Assembly (NCBI RefSeq): GCF_009914755.1 | Contig: NC_060927.1 | Length of the DNA: 64,000 nt | Source: the human T2T-CHM13v2.0 reference genome, Homo sapiens | Strand: one strand, 5' to 3' | Shown: positions 26,476-40,819 of the stretch, in pieces | Layout: each line of letters opens with the position of its first letter | Position numbering within the stretch: the stretch's first letter is position 1 | Translations under genes and position numbers: made by a program | The notes under the pieces: model-generated | Databases searched by the model: none | What the model was told of the DNA's origin: nothing | Seen by the model: the letters and a program-made list of their open reading frames with translations, nothing else

Positions 26476-28644
26476 CTGTATTACAAAGGAAGAGGAGTAA
26501 TGAAAATCGTATATTACATTGCATAACACTTCCCTGTTTGTGAGGCACTTGGACTGGACTGGACCAGAGAGCAGCCCTTGGGCAGGGCAGGGAAGGCCAA
26601 GTGCAAATGCTCATCTTCTCTTCATCCCAGCTGACCATACCCTCAGCAAACTTCAACTGTTGGCTTTACAACTCCTACCTGATGATCCTGGAGACAGCCT
26701 CTACATCTTTCTCCACACACTTCTCCTGATGGTTGGTCATTATTGATTAGTCACAGTTGTCAGCTAACAGATGAGAGTTCTTTGCCATGTTGTCACCTAA
26801 CAGACTAAGTTGGGGGTTTGGGGAGGGCTGGGGTAGTTGGAAAGGGGGGTTTGCAGATGGTTGGGATGGAGAAAGGGAAAACCAGAAGGTAGAGCTATCC
26901 AAGCAGGGTAAGAAAGTGAGAAAAAAAAGGAGACAGTAATTTCCAGTGCAGTGAATTAAGTTCCCTTTTTGGGCATGAACTGGCAAGTATTTTAGACTTA
27001 CATGTTAAAAATAGAATAGATAACTTAGCAAATGACTACATGACTTTAAGTTTCTGAAAGGCAGAAAATGAGCTAGGAAAAGTTTTAAGACTCAAAGTCA
27101 GGGCCAAGAATGAGACAAAAAAGCAATGGAAACTAAAGAGACTGATTTGAGGGGATTAATGTGTGTATGCCTGTATGTATGTATTTATGTTCCCTAGGGA
27201 TTATCCTTAATTAAAGAGTAAGCTACAGCCCCAATATGCATCCAATATTCAGTTTAAATCCTTAAGGGGATAGAAATACAGGGTGTTCTGAAGAATCTCA
27301 GGAATGTTAGGCTGCAGTAAAGTTAGAATAGAAAATGAAAAGGACCCAACAATGTCAACTGCCTATACTGGAAACTATCATCAACCTTTGTAGGTGAGTT
27401 CAATTGTTTAGAAAGGCTGTGTCCCTTCACCAGAGAATACTCTATGTGTGGAACAGATATGTAATAATGAATATCTGGACTGCCCAGTAATTTTTTTCAT
27501 TAATTAAATATTTTAATATGGAGCATTTGTCACAATTTAAATCTGGTTTGAGAAACATCCAACTTCAGAAGCGGCATATTTCAGGAGTCTGTAATAAGCC
27601 AAATGACTGTAGAGGTGGAAAGTGCTCTCATGACAGTATAGTTCTGACTCCTCCAGTAATAGTTGAGCTCCCAGCTCAGGGGAATGGAATGAGAAATCAC
27701 TTCAGCATTGCCTGTCAGCCCTGCTGATTCAACGTCCTTTCTGTTATACCCTGTGACCACTGTCTCACCAAAATGTACAGACTTCCTTTTTCACAGGAGA
27801 ACACTGAGGCTATCTAGGAAATAACATTCCTGAGCATTCCTTATGCAACATGAAAGTTCTGTTGTCAGTTCTCAATGAAGCCATCAGATCTTCCTGACTG
27901 CTGCCTAACACAAGTAAGCTTACTGTCTTACAAGTAAGGCATACAACTTGCCTTACTCTCAAGTAAGCTTAGAAACATATTTTATATCTACTAGATAATT
28001 AGTAATATGCTAGCTGCTATAGGATGGAAGGAAATGAGAAAATAAGCCATCTTATTTGAAGTAGCTAACCAAGTCTTGCTCTAGATATAAGGAAATTAAA
28101 TCAATTAGCAATGACATATAGTGCAATGCTTCATATTTTGGTATTAAATGTGCCTTGCAGAGTTTTCTCAACTCATTTTAAAACATGAATTTATAAAAAT
28201 CTAAACAAAATGGTAAGAAAAGAAGAAAACATTTGTGCATGTGCTACTTCCAAATGTAAAAGAAAATACAAAAATGTTTCTAAGATAAACCTCTATATAT
28301 ACCAGTGTGTTGTCATCATGTTCTAAACTGTAGGAGCACAGGACTCCTGTATCATTCCCTGAGGATTCAGAAATTTGATCAAATAGAGATTTTCAGGAAT
28401 TGCCTTCCAATCAATTTCCTGAGGTAAGTACGACAAATACATGGGGATACCAAGAACCAATATTTGTAAGGAAGAAAATGTTGATTTTCCAAAAAGGGGG
28501 ATAAAAGTTTTGAAAGTTGCTGCCTAAAGAAAATAAACGCAAGTTCCATGACATTGGGTAATCAATCTCTCATTGTGACATCAAAAAAAAAATGAAAGAC
28601 ATACACAATAAACAAAAACATGGTAGTGAAGCACATATTGGTCA

Positions 28645-29550
28645 TTACTAAAAGAAACTCAAACTTTTTTCTCCTTTGCTCTCACACCACAGCAAAAATC
28701 ATCACAGAAGATTTCTGTGACCAAATATATAGGGGTTTTTCTCCACCAATAAGCAATCAATTCTGCAGTGGACATCATCTGGGAATCCTCCAATTCAACA
28801 TCTGACACTATCCACCTGGAGATAGCATCAGATCCCACAGGTTGAAGGCACAGTCTTCATGACCACCTCCACTCTTCAGACACCAATTTTAAGTCTGGGC
28901 CTCCAGAACATCTGACCAACTGGGGTTCTCACAACCCCTCTTTGGATTCAATTAATTTCCTGGAGTACCTCACAGAACTCAGGGAAACATTTATTTGTGT
29001 TTATTTGTTTATTGTAAAGGATATTTTATAGACTACAAATAAAGAGCCAGAGATACTTAGGGTGAGGTCTGGAAGGGTCTTGAGTGTAGCAGTTTCTGCC
29101 TCCATGGAGGTAGAGTGCACCACCCTTCTTACATATGGATGAGTTCTTGTTCATCTCCCTGTAGGTCTCCCCATGTTTAGCTCTCTGGAAGCCCCTGAAT
29201 CCCGTCCTCTCAGGCCTTATATGGAGACTTCATTGGATAGGCATGATTGCATCACGGACAACCATGTCACAATGTGACTGGACAAAAAGGGTATGATTTA
29301 AACTCAGCAAAGGCCAAACTGTTCAGATTCTTCACTCCTTTCTGTGCAGCATTCCTTCCTCCAGGGTATGGGGCAGGATCTTCTCTAGAATGAGGGTCTT
29401 ATGACCCACAATCAGATTAGAGTCCTGTCTTGGAAAGGTGAAAGAAAGGAGGGCAGGAGGAGGTTAGAGGGAAAGATTCTCTTTATTGTAACAAAGGCTA
29501 TGGGAGTTTAACCCCAGGAACTGTAGATGAAAATTGTCATATTATGATAA
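28645..29550 (-). mobile_element. MER21-type ERVL solo LTR
   Basis: cagaagatttctgtgaccaaat...ctgacactatccacctggagatagcatcagatcccacaggttgaagg...cacagaactcagggaaaca. Confidence 0.8.
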
Positions 29551-31353
29551 ATCAAACAAAAACTGAGTTCTTGTAATAGCTTTGAAATAGTCTCAAATGC
29601 TTCTAAATAACACTGATATTATAAAATAGGTCTAATGGGACATTGAAAAGCCTGGTTGTTTCTGATGTTAGGATTAATAAGTAAAAACAAAAAAGAAACT
29701 GATTGGCACCTAAATATAAATATCCTGGTCAGGATTTAAAAAAGAATTCATATAAATGATACAACCACATATTTGAAAATGTGCAATATGTATTATCCAG
29801 GTATTAGCTGGATCCAGGTATTAGCTGGTATTTCAGCTACTATGGAGTAATTACTTTGTCTTTCTTATGGTTTCCAAAATGTAGATAAGGGAGTTTCACT
29901 GCATCTTCTGGAAGCCAAGCCTGAGTTTTGCCATCATTACATGAATTCTGCCACAAATCAGAAATTTGCATTATTGGTAAAGCTACTCAAACATAGCAAG
30001 CTAATTAATACATTATATTGCAGGAGAGAGGCTTAGAGAAATGATTACAATTACTTTCCAAAATGTAAAATCAATCATAAATTATCCTTACAATTGCTTG
30101 AACTGAAACCAAGAAATAAAGTAAATTACTCATCCTTTTAAGGCTGGTTGCAATAAACTCACTTTCTCAGATCTTTATGGCTTACTAGTTTTTCTGTTTA
30201 TGTTCCTGACTTTAAGCTAAGTTACCACAGAGATTCTGCAAATATGGGTTTGTTTGTATGTTTGGAGATAATTGAAGTGGCTCTTTAAGAAGCATAAATT
30301 TGAAAATGTATTGCTTCAAGTTGCTTTGCAAGATTCATGCTGGGTCATTAAAAGAGAAAAAATTAAACCATGTGTCTTCAATGAGTGAAAGAAATATTAT
30401 CTTCTAGATAAATGTCAGCCACATGGGGGAAAAATCAAGAAATCATATTTTTAACCCAAATACTCTAAGAATCTATTGCAAACTACACAATTTTATATAA
30501 AGTAGAACTACTAAAGATACAAATCAGGGTGAGATTAAAGGTTTCAAAATTGATGTGTGCTATTCAAAATCCCCTGACAAGTTGAAGACTTTCACAAAAT
30601 AATAGTGGCCAAGCATCCTATTTTATGTTTATGCATGTGCCAACAGAAACAGTGTGACAAATGATAAGAAATGGAAAAAAAGTCTTGCAGTCAATGTGGA
30701 CATCGCTAATACTTCTATTTACTATTGTCGGAGAATCAACTTAATTATTTTTTTAAAAAGTACAAATAAACTGAGTATACAAGATTTCTTATTTATAGTT
30801 CAAATGAAGAAAATAAAGAGAACAAAGCCCGATAATGTTTCTTAAAATAAGTATTGATTGAAAGTCACCTTTATTTCTTGGGTGTGAAGTAATTGCATAT
30901 GTAGTGTATTAAGAATGTGATTCAGAGCAAGAAGTGCTGTAAATACTTCTATAATGGGGAATTAAAAATAGAGAAAAGATCATGAAAGAGATTACTATTT
31001 TCATAAAAATCCATTTTTCCACCTGTGCAATTAGCTATCATATGTTTAATCAACCTCTCTTATAGTTGCATGAAATTATGTGAGTTCTGACCATTGAAAT
31101 GTGGGCAGAAATGATACATGTCATGTCTCAGCCTGGTTACTATTAAAAGAAGACTCCCAACAATTATCTCTGCTGTCTCTTTTCCCTAGTCTGCAAATAA
31201 GATGCAGACAAAACGGTAGAGGACTCTAAAGTCCTAAGGCAGGCACTACTTCCTTTGTTGAGAAAGTCTTGCTATGAACCTCGCTATAAATCATCAACCT
31301 AACTAAGCAGTATGCTTGGTTATACAGTTGATTTACATTCTGCCACAAGCTCC

Positions 31354-31385
<32 letters not shown>

Positions 31386-33027
31386 CAGACAGGCAATTTG
31401 TAGACTCTTTGAATAGTACTGCCCTAGGAAGACAAAAGCAAGTTGGATCCCTGAGTCACTTCTTAGAACAAATCACCAAACCAATCACAGCCATATTTGA
31501 CTGTTACCAAAATAAGAAATAGACTTCTATTATTTCAGTGAAACTACTAACATTATTGATTTTTTAAAAGCACTTAGAGAACCTTAATATATATTGTTAA
31601 AAAGAAAAAAGATTCTATGCTACAAATAAAATACACAGTACTTTCAGATGATCTTAAAATGTTGACAAAAGTTTTATGAATTCCACAAAGTGGAAATTAA
31701 GTAGAACACACATTCTAGCCATAAAAAATGAACTAGTAATTAAGATTACTTTAGTAATCTTAGTAAAGCTTTAGTAAGATTTAGTAAAAAGATTTAGTAA
31801 AGCTTAAATAAATGAAAAGTGAAAGCAAAATATTATCTTTGATAGCTCTTTGGCTAAAGAAGAAATTGAAAACTTTAAATAGCAAGCATTTAGAAAATGC
31901 CAATGATGAGGTCATTATTATTAAAATCAGGAAATCGAGGGCAAAGTTGTTTTGACATGCATTTTGTGAAGCAATAGTAAAAGCAATGAGTTAGGCAATC
32001 ACTCAGTAAGTGTAATCAAGAACCTACAAATGCATAATACAGAAAAATGTTAAGAAATTATTTAATTTGAGGAAAAATATTAATTACCAAAATTCACTCA
32101 AAAAGAAGTTTATGCCTGATGAGAAAAATAGTTAAGAATACGTAAAACTTGTCATACCATAACTTCTACAAAAATGTAGAGGGAGTCAGTATACATTGTG
32201 TGAGTTTCAAAATCTAATAAGTCAGAAATATGTATATACATATTGAAATATATAAAAATATAATGTATATTTCTTTTAAATTATCAGAGTAAAGAAATTA
32301 AGCTAAATAAGAAGTATATATCAAAGAAAAAAGAAAAATGAAAAAATTTTAAGTCAACCTATTAAGCATAAGATAAGATGACAAAAGATCTAAACATATC
32401 TGCCATAATAGTAACAATAACAAACATACAAATAACTACATCAGGGTTCAAAAAACAGATGGAAACATATTGTGTTTATAGGAGACACACTTAAAATTGG
32501 CTTGGAATCTGTAAAATTGTTTAAAGATCTAACAAATAGATACAAGCACAAAGAAAGGAAGACTCAATATTTAAATGAGTCAAGTTTGAATTTAGGGTTA
32601 TAAAAATAAATGCAACATATAGGATAACTTTTCATTAAGAAAATATTCAATAAAATATGCTAATAAAGGATAAAGCAAGTATTATTTGAAATATAAGGAG
32701 AAATAAACACAAATATAACTATAGTGGTAAGATAACTTTACAGAATTCTCAGCCCCAGCAAATTAAGTATAAAGTTCTAAAACTCAATGAGAGGAATATA
32801 ACTAACTTGATTAAAAAACTGATATTAATATATAGAAACGTTCTCCTTGTTTTAAATTGCTCACATATTATTTACAAAAATCAACCATAGTGGCTCACAG
32901 AGACACAGTTAATAAGTTTTAAAATGTAGAAATTATACATGTTTTGCTCTCTGACTACTGTTTTGTTAATTAAAACTAAATGTATTAACACTGACTTAAC
33001 ATTGAACTTCTCTTAAACAATACATAG

Positions 33028-33368
<341 letters not shown>

Positions 33369-34714
33369 TTAAAGCTTATCTTTATGTTAAGTAAACTGAA
33401 AATTACATGTATAAGCTCAGAAGCTGTTACCAGATCAGACTTGGAAAAATCTTGGATCTGGATATAAGACCTAATGGCAAGAGTTTTTATGCCCGATATA
33501 AATAAAAGATATGGCCTTGAGCTCCTGAGTGGTAGAAAAATAGTATTGAGATCTTTGAATCAAGCTCTTTCAGTAAAAAGGCAAATTTTAAAATCTTCAA
33601 TCACTGGAAGATAGAAGACACAAGGTTCAAGACAAAATAAAGTAAAAATCACTTCAAGCAGGTAAGGCATTGAAATTTATAGCACCTGAATGGTGAAGAA
33701 TTCTCAAACAAGAAATAATCCTGTAAACTATTCTCAGTATATTCCTCAGTGAAGTAAATGCAAAATTGTCTCCAAAAAATAGTTCTACAGTTCAAACTTT
33801 ACAGGTGTGCCAAAGGAAAACCTGCTTCTACTAAAAATTAACATACATTAAAAAAATTAACAAAAATGCAAAAAGAAAACATCACCATGAGTGAGAGTCA
33901 GCAGACAACAAATTGGAGGTTAGCATCCCTTGAGCTTAAGATCAATTGTTCCTTGAGTTCAAGAAATAATATTCTGAGAGACTCAAGAGGAAGTATGCTT
34001 TAAATAACTCAACAATAAATGAAGTAATATAAATCAGAAGAAAATAATAAAATAGTATAAATAAAAACAACATACAAATTTTGAATAAATATAAAAAGAA
34101 CTTCCAGAAATAAAAAATGTGGTAGTAAAAATACAAACCTTAAGAAACTTAATGGTGGATTTAGAAGATTAGACATAGATGAAGATATAATTAGTACATT
34201 CAAAGAAACATATGAGGAAAGTACTCAGAATGCAATATAAAAAGTTGAAGAGATAAAAAATCTGAAAGATCAGTAAAGAAACAATGGAGAAACAAATAAT
34301 TTATATCTGAGAATGTATTATATACATGAAATAATATACATCAACTGAAATTATAATAATAATAAACTACATAATTAATAATGTTGGGACACTTGGTTAT
34401 CTCTATGGAAAAATTAAAATGAATATCTGACTTACTCTTTATTAAAAAATCAAATCGAGATGAATTAATTACACAAGTATAAAATATAATCTTTCAAAGT
34501 TTTAGAAAAATATAGTATTTTTTATAAAGTTAGGCTAGGAATGATTTCAAAATATTATACAACATAAATTATAAAGAAAAGGACTAAGCTTTAATGTAGT
34601 TACATTAAAATTTAAATCTTTTCACAGAAAAGAATAACATAAAAATCAAAACACAGGTACGAGCAGAGCATGTAACTGGTAATGCATTAGCATCCAGCAT
34701 ATATTAAACATTTC

Positions 34715-34810
34715 ACCCAGGAAGTGGAGGTTTCAGTGAGCCAAGATCATGCCACTGCACTCCAACCTGGGCAACAGAGAAAAACTCTGCCACAAAAAAA
34801 TAATAATAAA
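34715..34810 (+). mobile_element. Alu 3' fragment
   Basis: cccaggaagtggaggtttcagtgagccaagatcatgccactgcactccaacctgggcaacagag plus A-rich tail. Confidence 0.85.
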
Positions 34811-35861
34811 AATTCAAATAGTCTATAAGAAGCCATCAAGATAAAAACAAATAGAAGAATGGTCAAAGGATATGAACAGAAATTTTACAGAAAACGAATC
34901 CAATAGACAATAAACATGAAAACCAATCTTATTAATAAACAGAAAAATTCAAATTTTAATAAGATACCAAATTATTGTCTTGTTGGCAAAAATTAACAAG
35001 TCTGACAAAATGTTGATAATTAAGCAGGGATACCTTGACTCATATTTTGCTGGTTGGATATGAATTGTTACAACAAAGCAATTGGGCAATGTATAGTAAA
35101 GTTTTAATAATTGTACTATTTCATCTAACAATTTTACTTCTAGGTAAATCATATTTCAAAAGCTTCCCCTTGAGCATTAAAAGACATATACAAAGATATA
35201 CTTTAAAACATTATTTATAATAGCAAAAAAAGCAACCTAATTTTATATCTGTGGAAAAATGAAAATATATTTATTTATTTATGTAATTTAACACTATACC
35301 AAGGTGAAAATTAGTAGATATACATAAGCCAACATGAACAAATGTAAAAAACATCAATATTGAGAAAAACTGACCTGCAAAAAGTTAGGTATATTATGCC
35401 ATTTATGTAAATGTTTTAAACAACAAAACATTGTTTTAAATTGACTGAAGGCATTTAAATTGAAATTTTTATCAATATAATGAGATTATTTAAGATATAT
35501 GTGAAAATGATACATTTGAAATTTAGAATTTGTGTGTACTCTGAAAGAAAGGCAAAAAACATGGATCTTAAACCACAAATTAGGTTCTAAAAAATAAACA
35601 AACTTGTAGATAATTAAATATGTTAAATCTTTGTTGTGTGTACATAATTGTATGCCATATTATCTTTTGCATTTTCCTAAATGTTTAAAATATTTTACAT
35701 GTGAAATCAAAAGTACAAGAAAAAAGAAAAAAAAGTTTGACTTCATCAAAATTAAAAATTTTCATATTTCAAAAAACACAGTTAGGAAAGTTAAAAGGCA
35801 ACTCACACAATGGAAGAAAATTTGATATAGATTACATTGAATCTATAGATTCCTTGGGTAG

Positions 35862-38192
35862 TGTATTAGTCTGTTTTCACACTGCTGATAAAGACATATC
35901 CAAGACTGGGCAATTTACAAAAGAAAGAGGTTTAATGGACTCACAATTCCATATGGCTGGGGAGGCCTCACAATCATGGTGGAAGGCAAGGAGAAGCAAG
36001 TCACATCTTACACGGGTGGCAGCAGGCAAAAAGAGAGCTTATGCAGGGAAACTCCTGTTTTTAAAACCATCAGATCTCATAAGACTCATTCACTACCATG
36101 AGAACAGCATAGGAAAGACCTGCCCCCATAATTCAATCACCTCCAACCAGGGTCCTCTCACTACACATGGGAATTGTGGGAATTACAATTCAAGGTGAGA
36201 TTTGGGTAGGGACACAGCCAAACCATATCATTCCATACCTGGGCCCTCCCAAATCTCATGTCCTCACATTTAAAAACAATTATGCCTTCCCAACAGTCAC
36301 CCAAAGTCTTAACTCATTTCAGCATTAACTCAAAAGTCCACAGTCCAACGTCTCATCTGAGACAAGGCAAGTCTTTTCCGCCTGTGAATCTGTAAAATAA
36401 AAAGTAAGTTAGTTACTTCCTAGATACAATGGAGGTACAGGCATTGGGTAAAAACGGCCATTCCAAATGGGAGAAATTGACCAAAACAAAGGGGCTACAG
36501 GCCCTATGCAAGTCTGAAATCTGGCAGGGCAGTCAAATCTTAAAACTCCAAAATGATCTTCTTTGACCCCATGTCTCGCATCGGGTCATGCTGACGCAAG
36601 AGGTAGGTTCCCATGGTCTTGGGCAGCTCTGCCCCTGTGGCTCTGCAGGGTGCAGCCTCCCTCCCAGCTGCTTTCATGGGCTGGTGTTGAGTGTCTGCAG
36701 CTTTTGTAGGTGCCCAGTGCAAGCTGTTGGTGGATCTACTATTCTGGGGGCTGGAGGATGGTGGCCCTCTTCTCACAGCTCCACTAGGCAGTGCCCCAGC
36801 AGGGACTCTCTGTGGGGGATCCTACCACACATTTCTCTTCTGCACTGCCCTAGCAGAGGTTCTCCATGAGAGGCCCCTGCCCCCCGACCCCTAGCAAATT
36901 TCAGCCTGGATATCCAGGCATTTCCACATATCCTCTGAAATCAAGGCAGAGGTTCCTAAACCTCAGTTCTTGATTTCCGTGCACCTGCAGGCTCAACACC
37001 ACATGGAAGCTGCCAAGGCTTGGGGCTTGCACCCTCTGAAGCTGCAGCCTGAGCTGCACCTTGGCCCATTTTAGTCATGGCTAGAATGGCTGGGATGCAG
37101 AGCACCAAATCTCTAGACTACATACAGCATGGGGACCCTGAGCCTGGCCCACAAAACAATTTTTTCCTCCTAGGCCTCTGGGCCTGTGATGGGAGGGGCT
37201 ACTGTGAAGACCTCTGACATACCCTGAAGACATTTTCTCTGTTGTCTTGATTAACAATGACTCCTTATTACTTATGCATTTGGCTCCTCATTACTTATGC
37301 AAATTTCTGCAGCCAGCTTGAATTTCTACTCAGAAAATGGGGTTTTCTTTTGTATCACATTGTCAGGCTGCAAATTTTCTGAACTTTTATGCTCTGCTTT
37401 CCTTATAGAACTGAATGTCTTTAACAGTACCCAAGTCACCTCTTGAATGCTTTGCTGCTTAGAAATTTCTTCCACCAGTTATCCTAAATAATCTCTCTCA
37501 AATTCAAAGTTCCACAAATCTCTAGGACAGGAGCAATGTGCCACCAGTCTCTTTCCTAGAGCATAACACAAGTCACCTTTGCTTCAGTTGCAAACAAGTT
37601 CCTCATCTCCATCTGAGACCACCTCAGCCTGGACCTTATTGTTCATATCGCTATCAGAATTTTTGTCAAAGCCATTCAACAAGTCTCTAGGAAGTTCTAA
37701 ACTTTTCCACATTTTCCTGTCTTCTCCTGAGCCCTCCAAACTGTTCCAACCTCTGCCTCTTACCCAGTTGCAAAGTCATTTCCATACTTGCAGGTATCTT
37801 TTCAGCAATGCTCCACTCTACTGGTTCCAATTTACTGTATTAGTCCATTTTCACACTGCTCATAAAGACGTACCTGAGACTGGGCAATTAACAAAAGAAA
37901 GAGGTTTATTGGACTTACAGTTCCACATGGCTGGGAAGGCCTCACAATAATGGCAGAAGATGAAAGGCACATCTCACATGGTGGCAGAAAAGAGAAGAGC
38001 TTGTGCAGGGAACCCCCTGTTTTTAAAACCATCAGATCTTGTGAGACTTATTCACTATCATGATAACAGTACAGGAAAGGCCCATCCCCATAATTCAATC
38101 ACCTCCCACTGGGTTTCTCCCATGACACGTGGGAATTGTGGGAGTTACAATTCAAGATGAGATTTGGGTGGGAACACACCCAAACCATATCA
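35862..38192 (-). mobile_element. THE1 (THE1A-like) MaLR provirus: LTR 35862-36230, internal region, LTR 37836-38192
   Basis: Two tgtattagt...aaaccatatca LTRs flank a 1.6 kb THE1-int; 5-bp TSD ggtag/agtag. The host L1 ORF2 sequence is contiguous across it. Confidence 0.93.
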
Positions 38193-40492
38193 AGTAGTAT
38201 CGGCATTTTAACAGTACTGATTCTTCCAATTCATGAGCGTGGAATATTTTTCTCATTTTTCTGTGTTCTCTTCAATTTCTTTCATCAATGTTTTGCAGTT
38301 TTCAATGTGGAGATCTTTTGTTTCTTTTGTTAAGTCAATTCCAAGGTATTTCATTTTGTTTGTAGCTATTGTAAATGGGATTACTTTCTTGATTTCTTTC
38401 TCAGATGGTTCATTGTTGGCATATGTAAATGCTACTGATTTTTGTATGTTGATTATTGTATCCTGCAACTTTTCTGAATTTGTTTATCTGTTCTAATAGT
38501 TTTTTGGTGGAATCCTTAGTTGTTTCCTAATATAAAATCATATTATCTGCAAATAAGGATAATTTGACTTCTATGTTTCCAATTTGAATGCTCTGTATTT
38601 GTTCCTCTTGGTGAGATTACTCTAGCTAGGAGTTCAGGTACTATGTTGAATAACAGTGGTCAAAGTTGGCATCTATGTGCTCCAGATCTTAGAGGAAAGG
38701 CATTCAGTTTTTTCCCATTCAGTATGATAATAGCTATGAATCTGTCATACACAGCATTTATTATGCTAAGGTATGTTCCTTCTATACCCAGTTTTTTGAC
38801 AGCTTTTATAACGAAGGAATGTTGAATTTTATCAATTGCTTTTTCAACATCAATTGAAATGGTCATATGGGTTTTTTCTGCATTCTATTGATATAATGTA
38901 TCACATTGATAGATTTGTGTATGTTGAACCATCCTTGCATCCCTGGGATAAAATCCCACTTGGTTATAATGAATGACTTCTTTAATGTGTTGTTGAATTA
39001 GGTTTGCAAGTAGTTTGTTGAAGATTTTTTCATCCATGTTCATCAGAAATATTGGCCTGTAGTTTTCTTCTTTTGATGTGTCTTTGTCTGTTTTTGGTAT
39101 CAGGGTAATACTGGCCTCATAGAATAAGTTTGGAAGTATTCCCTCCTCTATTTTTTAGAATAGTGTGAATAGGATTGTTATAAGTTCTTTAAATGTTTGG
39201 CAAAATTCAGCAGTAAAGCTCTCGGGTTCTGGGTTTTCTTTGCTGGGAGACTTTTTTTTACAGCTTCAATCTCATTCCTTGTTATTGGTCTCTTCAGGTT
39301 CAGGATTTCTTTATGACATATTGGATTTCTTCATGGTTCAATCTTGTTAGGTTGTATGTGTCTAGGAATTTATTTTTCCTAGGTTTTCCAATTTATTGGC
39401 ATATAGTTGCTCATAGCAGCCACTAATGATCCTTTGAATTTCTGCAGTGTCAATTGTAATGCCTCATTTTGCACTTCTGATTTTATTTATTTGGATCTTC
39501 TCACTTTTTATCTTGGCTAGTCTGGTTAAATATTTGTCAATTTTGTTTATCTTTTTTTAAAAAAACTTTTCATTGATTTTTGTATTGTTTTTTCATTTCA
39601 ATTTCATTTATTTGTGCTCTGAACTTAATTATTTTTCTACTAATTTTGGGTTTGTTTTGCACTTGCTTTTCTAGTTCTTTAAGATGCATTAGGTTGTTTC
39701 TGTGAAGTTTATCTGCTTTTTTTGTATAGGCATTTATTGTCATAAATGTTCCTCTTATTTGTGCTCTCTCTTTATCCCACAGGTTTTGGTTTGTTGTGTT
39801 TCCATGACCATTTCAGTGGAATTTCCAATTTTTCTCTTAATTTCTTCATTGATTCTCCTGGTCATTCAGGAGCATATTTTTTAACTTCCATGTGTTTGTA
39901 TAGTTTCAAAAATTCCTCCTGTTATTTATTTCTAGTTTTGTTCCATTATGTTCAGATAAGATACTTGATATAATTTCAGTTGTTTTGAATTTTTAAAGAC
40001 TTGGTTTGTGGCCCAACGTATGGTCTATTCTTGAGAATAATCCATGTACTGAGAATAATAATGTGTATTCTGCAGCTGTTGGGTGAAATATTCCATACCT
40101 GTGTGTTAGGTCCATTTGGTTTATAGTGCAGATTAAGTCTGATATTTCTGTGTTGATTTTTCTCTCTGGATTATCTTTCCAATGCTGAAAATGGGGTGTT
40201 AAAGTGTCCAAGTATTTCTGTGTTGAGGCCCATCTTTCTCTTTAGTTCTAGTAATATTTGCATTATATATCTGAGTATTCCAGTGTTGGGTGTATATGTA
40301 ATTACAATTATTATATCTTCTTGGTGAATTGACCCCTTTATCATTATATAGTGACCTTTGTTGTCTGTTTTTATAGTTATTGCTGATATCTATTTTGTCT
40401 GATATAGGTATAGCTACTCCTGCTCATTTTTTATTTTCATTTGCCTAAAATATCTTTTCTAATTCCTTTATCTTCTGTCTATGTGTGTCTTT

Positions 40493-40819
40493 TTTCTTTA
40501 TTTTTTTTTTCTTTTCTTTTTTTTTTTTTTTTTTTTGAGATGTAGTCTCACTCTCTCTCCTAGCCTGCAGTGCAGTGGTGCAACCTTGGCTTACTGCAAC
40601 CTCTGCCTCCCATGTTCAAGCGATTATCATGCCTCAGCCTCCTGAGTAGCTGGGACTACAGGCACATGCCAAAACACCTGGCTAATTTTTGTAATTTTAG
40701 TAGAGAGAGAGTTTCACCATTTTGGCCAGGTTGTTCTTGAACTCCTGACCCTCAGGTCATCCGCCCGCCTTGGCCTCCCAAAGTGCTGGGATTACAGGCG
40801 TGAGCCACTGCTCCCAGCC
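40493..40819 (-). mobile_element. AluS SINE inside L1
   Basis: Full reverse Alu; TSD tatgtgt(g/a)tcttt. Confidence 0.95.

Noticed and set aside
29795-29828. Tandem ATCCAGGTATTAGCTGG x2
   Set aside because: Simple 17-bp slippage duplication.
35701-36198. 165-aa ORF
   Set aside because: Chance read-through of two L1 fragments and an antisense THE1 LTR.
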